Positions 25,592-30,784 of a DNA stretch of 30,784 nt are shown piece by piece. Position numbers and translations under genes: made by a program. Under the pieces are notes generated by a model, which was given only the letters and a program-made list of their open reading frames with translations, made no database searches and was not told the origin of the DNA. Source of the DNA: Pseudomonadota bacterium (lineage in GTDB: Bacteria > Bdellovibrionota > FAC87 > UBA2466); contig JAYSWN010000098.1 in assembly GCA_043718025.1 (NCBI GenBank), positions 1-30,784 of the forward strand, written 5' to 3'. How positions within the stretch are numbered: the stretch's first letter is position 1; the number at the start of each line of letters is the position of its first letter.

Positions 25592-27016
25592 ATGAAAGCT
25601 CATTGGACTAAGTTCTCGATTTTTTTTATCTGCACACTGGCCTCCGCGCGTCCTCCCGGGGGAGGAGGTTACCATGGCAATCCGGCGGCCTCACAGGCAA
25701 TGATGCGAGCCGCTCAATCTAGCGTCCAAAACAACCAACGTATGCGGGAGTCCCTTCAGAGGGCCGCGCAGCATAGCAGTCAATCCAGGCAAAGCGGATA
25801 TGAAGCCCTTCAGCGAGCCCGCTCCTCTTACTCGCCCGCCTACCCAAGTGCCGCTCAGCAGCGGGCCGAAATTCAGCGCTATAGCCCTCAGCCAAGGTAT
25901 TCCGCGCCTTACGTGCCTCCTCAGAGCGTGATTATCGGCCAAGGGAGTCCGTACTCGCAACCGCCCGATTATTTTCCGCAAGAGGATTTTTATTCCGGAC
26001 ATCCGGAATACCCTTCGGCGCGGTCGAAAGGATCAAAGTCTTCGAATCGCTTTTCTATCGACCCTGGCGTGGTCTCAGTTGACGGCGTGCCGGTACCTAG
26101 GGGCGCCACCCACTATGTTTTTGAAAACGGAAATATTCGCTACCTCGGAGGCGAGGCTGTAACGGAATCTCCGACGGCCGCTACACCAAGCGCCCCAAAA
26201 CCTGAACCCGTGCCCCACCTCGTAACGGTTCCGATGCCCGACCGTGTAACGGCTCCAGAGCCTGCCCCGGTTCCTGTCGTCACGCTTCCCACGGAGTCAT
26301 TTCCTGCCCTCTACGGCAAATTTTCTGGCAACAAGGCCGTTGGCATTCATGCCGCTTTGGAATTGCTTAACGAACCCATTGCCCCTCAATCACTTGATGA
26401 GCCGTTGTTAGAGCTGCCGCCCCTCAGTGGTGAGTTGGCAAAGGAGATCACTCGAGATCGGTTGGCAACGATTAAGGCGCTTTTCGACAACTCAGATCTC
26501 ACCATTCATACCGAATTAACCCAGAACTCAAGTTGGACCGGTCGATGTGTTTTTAGATCCACGCCCAATAGCGAAACCGCAGCGGTCATAAATATGTTAG
26601 CCATAGATCCAACGACAAGAATTTCGGTTCTCACCGCGGCTACGGCCACGGAGCTAATGGCAGATCCGGCCAGTGGCCAGGTCAATAAATTCGATATTCT
26701 CAGCGACAGTTTGATTGCCAGCATCAAAGGGGAGCTAGAACAGGCCGATGAAGCGTTAACCACCTTACGCTTAGTCCCTCTGCAAGAACGACCCTTTTTG
26801 AGCGATGCCCTTTTCTTTGACGGTAAAGATGAGTCTAATCAGCATTTAACTCGGCTTGGATTTCGATTGCGCACCTTCAAGGGGCTAGCCGGTAAAACAA
26901 TCTTGGTGACGGAGGCATACTCTCCGTTTAACGCCGGGGTGGCCTTCGCCGGCAAAAGAGTCGCCTACCTCGAGCCCATTCAGTACTGCTACTTCACCAA
27001 AGCAATGAATTGGTAA
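25592..27016 (+). CDS. Exported paralogue 2 of the family
   Basis: SD GGAGG before ATG 25592, signal MKAHWTKFSIFFICTLASA, Q/S/R/Y/P-rich N-region, shared domain from ~26300. Confidence 0.8.
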   Translation: MKAHWTKFSIFFICTLASARPPGGGGYHGNPAASQAMMRAAQSSVQNNQRMRESLQRAAQHSSQSRQSGYEALQRARSSYSPAYPSAAQQRAEIQRYSPQPRYSAPYVPPQSVIIGQGSPYSQPPDYFPQEDFYSGHPEYPSARSKGSKSSNRFSIDPGVVSVDGVPVPRGATHYVFENGNIRYLGGEAVTESPTAATPSAPKPEPVPHLVTVPMPDRVTAPEPAPVPVVTLPTESFPALYGKFSGNKAVGIHAALELLNEPIAPQSLDEPLLELPPLSGELAKEITRDRLATIKALFDNSDLTIHTELTQNSSWTGRCVFRSTPNSETAAVINMLAIDPTTRISVLTAATATELMADPASGQVNKFDILSDSLIASIKGELEQADEALTTLRLVPLQERPFLSDALFFDGKDESNQHLTRLGFRLRTFKGLAGKTILVTEAYSPFNAGVAFAGKRVAYLEPIQYCYFTKAMNW

Positions 27017-27023
27017 TTGAGGC

Positions 27024-28262
27024 ATGAAACTTACCTTTCAAACCGTTCCTCTCTTGAAGTCCTTTCTGATCGCCACCCTATTCTTGCCCCTCCCGGCACC
27101 GGGTGGCCCGCAGCCTCCGTATTCCTATCGATCTTCCGGTAGCAGCCAAGCCGAGATCATGAACGCGCAGAGCGCAGAGAGGTACCGTCAGATCAATGCT
27201 CGGCGAGCGGTTGAGCAGTCGCAAAGAATTGAAGCAAATCGCCAGCTCAATCAACGGCTGGCAAGCGAAGCGGTGCAAAGAGCAAATGGTCAGACCGTGT
27301 TTCCAATCTCACCCCAGTCAAGCTATCGTCGACCGGTTGGCCCCACCACCTACCGACCGCAAAGGATAGTGATCGGAGAAGAGAACATAGTAAAACCTGC
27401 TGTCCTTCCCCCGACGCCAATTGCGAAAGCGAAAGAACGGCCGATTGCGAAAATTGCAGATCGGCCCATTACCACAGCTAAAGACGAATTAACTGCGGAA
27501 GCCCCATTACCAACTAAGACCTTTTCGCGCACCTACCCTAACTACTCAAACAATCCCTTAGCCGGAAATTACGCCCTCTTTCATCTGCTCAACGAGACGA
27601 TTGGCCCGCAGTCGTCGGATGGCCCGGTCATAGAAAATCCAGAAATCGAAGCAGTGTGGGCGGACAGCATCAACCGTGACCGTTTCTCCATGGTTAAGGC
27701 GTTGTTTGATACCGCGGCAATGCCGGAAATAGAAGCTATGCGCAGCCATTCCGCTTGGGTTGGCCGCTGCATTCACCGGTCAACGCCAAATCTTGAAACT
27801 GGAGCCGCGATTGGAATACGGGTGGACAACAACAGCACAAAGATTGTGCTTCTGCTCGCCAGAACGGCGGAGGAATTAATGGTGGTGCGATCCGACGCCC
27901 ACCCCACAAAATACGACGACATGAATGCGACGACCGTTGCGGAAATAACGGCTCGGCTAAAGGACTCCCACCCCGCTCTAAGTGAGTTGAGTCAGGTTCC
28001 GATGGGTAGACGTCCGCATATTCGCGATTCTCTTTTTTTCGACGTGGCGATCCCCTCTGATCCCGGTTCAAGGGTCAAAACCGGCTACCGCCTGCGCATG
28101 GCCCACGGGCCAAATGGCGAGCTCGTGCCTGTGCTGGAAGGTTACGCCCCCTTTGAAGAAGGGACGGCAATGACCGGAAGAAGAGTGGAGTTTCTTGATC
28201 ACATTCGCTACTGCTACTTTACGAAGGCGTACGATTTACATTCATGGAGTGAGTCCAAATGA
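27024..28262 (+). CDS. Exported paralogue 3 of the family
   Basis: Hydrophobic leader, Q/R/S/P-rich N-region, shared domain from ~27522 (KALFD, WVGRC, LFFD, GYRLR, YCYF). Confidence 0.8.
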   Translation: MKLTFQTVPLLKSFLIATLFLPLPAPGGPQPPYSYRSSGSSQAEIMNAQSAERYRQINARRAVEQSQRIEANRQLNQRLASEAVQRANGQTVFPISPQSSYRRPVGPTTYRPQRIVIGEENIVKPAVLPPTPIAKAKERPIAKIADRPITTAKDELTAEAPLPTKTFSRTYPNYSNNPLAGNYALFHLLNETIGPQSSDGPVIENPEIEAVWADSINRDRFSMVKALFDTAAMPEIEAMRSHSAWVGRCIHRSTPNLETGAAIGIRVDNNSTKIVLLLARTAEELMVVRSDAHPTKYDDMNATTVAEITARLKDSHPALSELSQVPMGRRPHIRDSLFFDVAIPSDPGSRVKTGYRLRMAHGPNGELVPVLEGYAPFEEGTAMTGRRVEFLDHIRYCYFTKAYDLHSWSESK

Positions 28263-29614
28263 GCCCACGGTTAATTTGCTTACTATTTATCTTAATCAAT
28301 GCCCCGGCTCTAGCGCAGCAGTCCTATAATGGATACGGATCTAGTAGTGCAAGCGCCCAATGGGCGGCATCTCAAAGGGAAAACGAGCGGCGCAGAGCAG
28401 AAGCCACGGCGCAATGGGCGGCCAACGAAAGAGAGAAAGAGAGACAGCGTTCAGCGGCTACGGCACAGTGGGCGGCCAACGAAAGAGAGAAAGAGAGACA
28501 GCGTTCAGCGGCAAACGCACAATGGGCGGCAACTCAAAGAGAAAACAGAAACCAAACCTATTCAAATTCCTCACAACGGACCGTGGTCGCCAATATCGGT
28601 GGCGTGAATTACTACTCTGCCCCTCCCCCCGTAGCCCATCAAGACAGTGGCGCCGCGTCTGTCGTAAACACCTCAACACCCCAACCGCCAAAGGTTTATC
28701 TCAGCCGAATTGACGTCGGTGTTACTGCCTACAATGGCGTTCCGATTCCCCCGGGGGCCACTCACTACCTGATCCAGAATGGAGTCGCCCGCTACTACGC
28801 CAGAAGTCCCTCCGATCCCAACGTGCCGGTGGAAATAAGCGCATCCAAACCTGCGCCTCAAGCCGAAACTCTGCCGGCACCCGTACCACCAAAAGAGTCG
28901 TACCCTGCACTCTACACAAAATTCTCTAATCAATCGGCGGTGGGAAACTATGCCTACTTTCAATTGTTCGACGAACCCATCGGTCCGCAATCAATCGACA
29001 GCCCCGTTCTAGAAAACCCCGTCGTTGAGGACGCCATGGCCGAAGAGGTGAATAAAAACCACCTCTCCAAAATCAAAGCGCTGTTCGATAACTCGGAGCT
29101 GCCCGCCCCAACGATCTTGGCCCAGAATTCGGCCTGGGGGGGCCGTTGCGTCTTTCGATCGTCACCAGATACGGAAGTCGGAGCGCTGTTAGCCATCGCC
29201 ACCGATAATCAAAAGAGCACGGTAGCCCTTGCTACGGCAGTTGGCCCAACGGGCCTTGGCTCGAGCAGCAGCAACGCCCAAGCCGATAGGTATGTGGGCA
29301 ACGTGGCGAATTCGATTGAGGAGGCCAAACGGCTTATGGCCAACCCAGAAAGAGCAAAGAGTACGCTAAATCACTCCGCATCGGAGGATCGCCCCTTTGC
29401 CCGAGACGCCCTTTTTTTCGATGCCGTCGAAATAGACAAATACAACGGCAAAATCGGCTATCGCCTTCGCACGTTTATCGGACCAACGGGTAAGACTGTG
29501 CTAGTCGCTGAGGCGTACTCGGCATTTAAAGAGGACGCCGATTTTGTCGGAAAGAAAGTCGGGTACCTAGAACCTATCTACTACTGCTACTTCACCCGCG
29601 CGGGAAGTTGGTAG
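28259..29614 (+). CDS. Exported paralogue 4 of the family, with internal 18-aa repeats
   Basis: ATGA overlap, signal MSPRLICLLFILINAPALA, AQWAA repeats, shared domain from ~28901. Confidence 0.8.
   Translation: MSPRLICLLFILINAPALAQQSYNGYGSSSASAQWAASQRENERRRAEATAQWAANEREKERQRSAATAQWAANEREKERQRSAANAQWAATQRENRNQTYSNSSQRTVVANIGGVNYYSAPPPVAHQDSGAASVVNTSTPQPPKVYLSRIDVGVTAYNGVPIPPGATHYLIQNGVARYYARSPSDPNVPVEISASKPAPQAETLPAPVPPKESYPALYTKFSNQSAVGNYAYFQLFDEPIGPQSIDSPVLENPVVEDAMAEEVNKNHLSKIKALFDNSELPAPTILAQNSAWGGRCVFRSSPDTEVGALLAIATDNQKSTVALATAVGPTGLGSSSSNAQADRYVGNVANSIEEAKRLMANPERAKSTLNHSASEDRPFARDALFFDAVEIDKYNGKIGYRLRTFIGPTGKTVLVAEAYSAFKEDADFVGKKVGYLEPIYYCYFTRAGSW
28355..28548 (+). repeat. Coding tandem repeat, 54-bp period (~3.6 copies)
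   Basis: TGGGCGGC recurs at 28361, 28415, 28469 and 28523. Positions 28415-28458 and 28469-28512 are identical over 44 bp. The unit encodes AQWAANEREKERQRSAAT-like sequence. Confidence 0.92.
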
Positions 29615-29775
29615 CGAAAGCTGGCCATTTCATTTAAGACGGCCGGAGTCTGTGCTGGCCTTGCGTCCCGAATGCCAGCGCCACGATGACGCAAACCCAA
29701 AAACGGGGCTGACCAAACAGCCTATAGTTTCGGCAGCTTCTATATTATTCTATTCAAATTTAAGGTGAGAAACCT

Positions 29776-30784
29776 ATGGCAACTTGGGTAGTGCATAAGT
29801 TTGGCGGAACCAGCGTGGCTAACGCCGGGCGTTACCGGGGGGCCGCAGACATTATTCAGTCAGAATCTAAAGGGCCCATCGCCGTGGTGGTGTCGGCCAT
29901 GGCCGGGGTCACCAACGCCCTGATCGAGTTGGTGGTTTTAGCCAGCAAGCAGGACACCGCCTATGAATCCAAACTTGCGGATCTGAAAAAAAAGCATCTG
30001 GAGACCGTCGAGAATCTATTTCCAGATGCCAAATCGCCCGAACGGCTCGCCCTCAAAGCCATACTTGCCTCTGACTTTAGTGATCTACAAGAGCTGTTGC
30101 GGGGAATCTGGCTGGCGCGCGGATACCCCGAGCTCTCGGTCGAACTTATCTCGGGTTACGGCGAGGTGTGGTCGGCTCAGTTCTTATGCAGCTATTTTAA
30201 TTCCATCGGTACCCCTTATCGTTATCTCGACGCCAGAAAAATTTTGATCGTTGAACCCGTAACTACGGGCGTGGTTATCGATTGGGAACGCACGCGGCAA
30301 AATTTAAAAAATTGGCTCGAACTCAACCCCGGTAAAAATTTGGTAGTGACAGGTTTTGTTGCCTCGACCAAAGACGGAATGGCCACCACGCTGAAGAGAA
30401 ACGGTAGCGACTTTTCGGCCTCTATTTTTGGGGCGCTGCTAAAAGCTTCGGCGATTGTGATTTGGACCGATGTGGACGGGGTGATGAGTGCCGACCCCAG
30501 ATTGGTGCCCGAAGCCCAAGTTTTAGATGAAATGTCTTACCGAGAGGCCACGGAGCTCGCCTACTTCGGCGCCAAGGTCGTGCATCCCAGCACCATGGGC
30601 CCCGCCATTGCCGACGAGATTCCCATTTGGATTCGAAATACCTTTAATCCCAAAGCACGAGGCACGCGCATTCATTCGAACGTAAAATCCGACGTGCTCG
30701 TTAAAGGTTTTGCCACGATTGATCAAATGGCCCTGTTTAATGTCGAGGGCACCGGCATGGTGGGGGTTCCCGGCGTGGCTCAGC
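29776..30784 (+). CDS. thrA: Aspartate kinase, probably bifunctional aspartokinase/homoserine dehydrogenase I (3' truncated by the window end)
   Basis: Not in the ORF track because there is no stop in the window. Reads MATWVVHKFGGTSVA...VVVSAMAGVTNAL...TTLKRNGSDFSAS...IWTDVDGVMSADPR...MSYREATELAYFGAKVVHP...NVEGTGMVGVPGVA (start of ACT domain). SD AAGGTG upstream. The HSDH part is not visible, so the thrA label is inferred. Confidence 0.88.
   Translation, partial: MATWVVHKFGGTSVANAGRYRGAADIIQSESKGPIAVVVSAMAGVTNALIELVVLASKQDTAYESKLADLKKKHLETVENLFPDAKSPERLALKAILASDFSDLQELLRGIWLARGYPELSVELISGYGEVWSAQFLCSYFNSIGTPYRYLDARKILIVEPVTTGVVIDWERTRQNLKNWLELNPGKNLVVTGFVASTKDGMATTLKRNGSDFSASIFGALLKASAIVIWTDVDGVMSADPRLVPEAQVLDEMSYREATELAYFGAKVVHPSTMGPAIADEIPIWIRNTFNPKARGTRIHSNVKSDVLVKGFATIDQMALFNVEGTGMVGVPGVAQ

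Noticed and set aside
28355..28548. 54-bp repeats as a CRISPR array
   Set aside because: The units are contiguous and in-frame with no unique spacers, and there are no cas genes. The overlapping alternative-frame ORFs (28329-28607, 28360-28713) are by-products of the repeat.
72..29202. Numerous short antisense or alternative-frame ORFs (for example 3250-3762, 10178-10645, 15057-15620, 18725-19210)
   Set aside because: They are nested within well-supported genes and show no recognisable motifs, as expected for shadow ORFs.
12897..29775. The operon as a mobile element, prophage or genomic island
   Set aside because: I saw no integrase, transposase, phage structural gene, tRNA target or flanking direct repeat. 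A composition shift could not be computed.
29615..29775. Lysine or SAM-I riboswitch, or thr leader-peptide attenuator, before the aspartate kinase
   Set aside because: I recognised no consensus core motifs and no Thr/Ile-rich leader ORF. Only a generic pseudoknot candidate is reported.
30026..30726. Track ORFs 30026-30247 (+) and 30523-30726 (-)
   Set aside because: Both lie inside the aspartate kinase reading frame that starts at 29776.

Overview
Bacterial genomic window, almost all on the + strand. I found no rRNA, tRNA, CRISPR array, integrase or transposase. The left part (1-12.9 kb) is a mix of stand-alone genes: a CBS-pair protein, a COG2403 (cDPGS/ArcE-like) P-loop enzyme, a SnoaL/NTF2-like protein, a sulfite-oxidase-family Mo enzyme fused to two c-type cytochrome domains, a 1117-aa membrane protein with a transglutaminase-like triad, a neutral ceramidase, two minus-strand exported proteins (one a small outer-membrane beta-barrel), a Cys-rich glycine-zipper protein and a SAM methyltransferase. 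The most notable element is a tightly coupled ~16.5-kb, 10-gene operon (13151-29614) in which every product starts with a signal-peptide-like segment. It encodes a trypsin-like protease fused to a Clp/Hsp100-type double AAA+ module, a vWA (MIDAS) protein, a second Clp-type AAA+ protein, a long coiled-coil protein, two beta-rich hypothetical proteins, and four tandem paralogues sharing an unrecognised ~240-aa C-terminal domain. Both AAA+ proteins have a degenerate first ring, and their second rings keep complementary motif sets, which suggests a heteromeric, apparently exported ATP-dependent protease/remodelling machine that I cannot match to a described system. The window ends in the 5' part of a ThrA-type aspartate kinase that is missing from the ORF track. 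All family calls come from motif recognition by eye; no searches were run.
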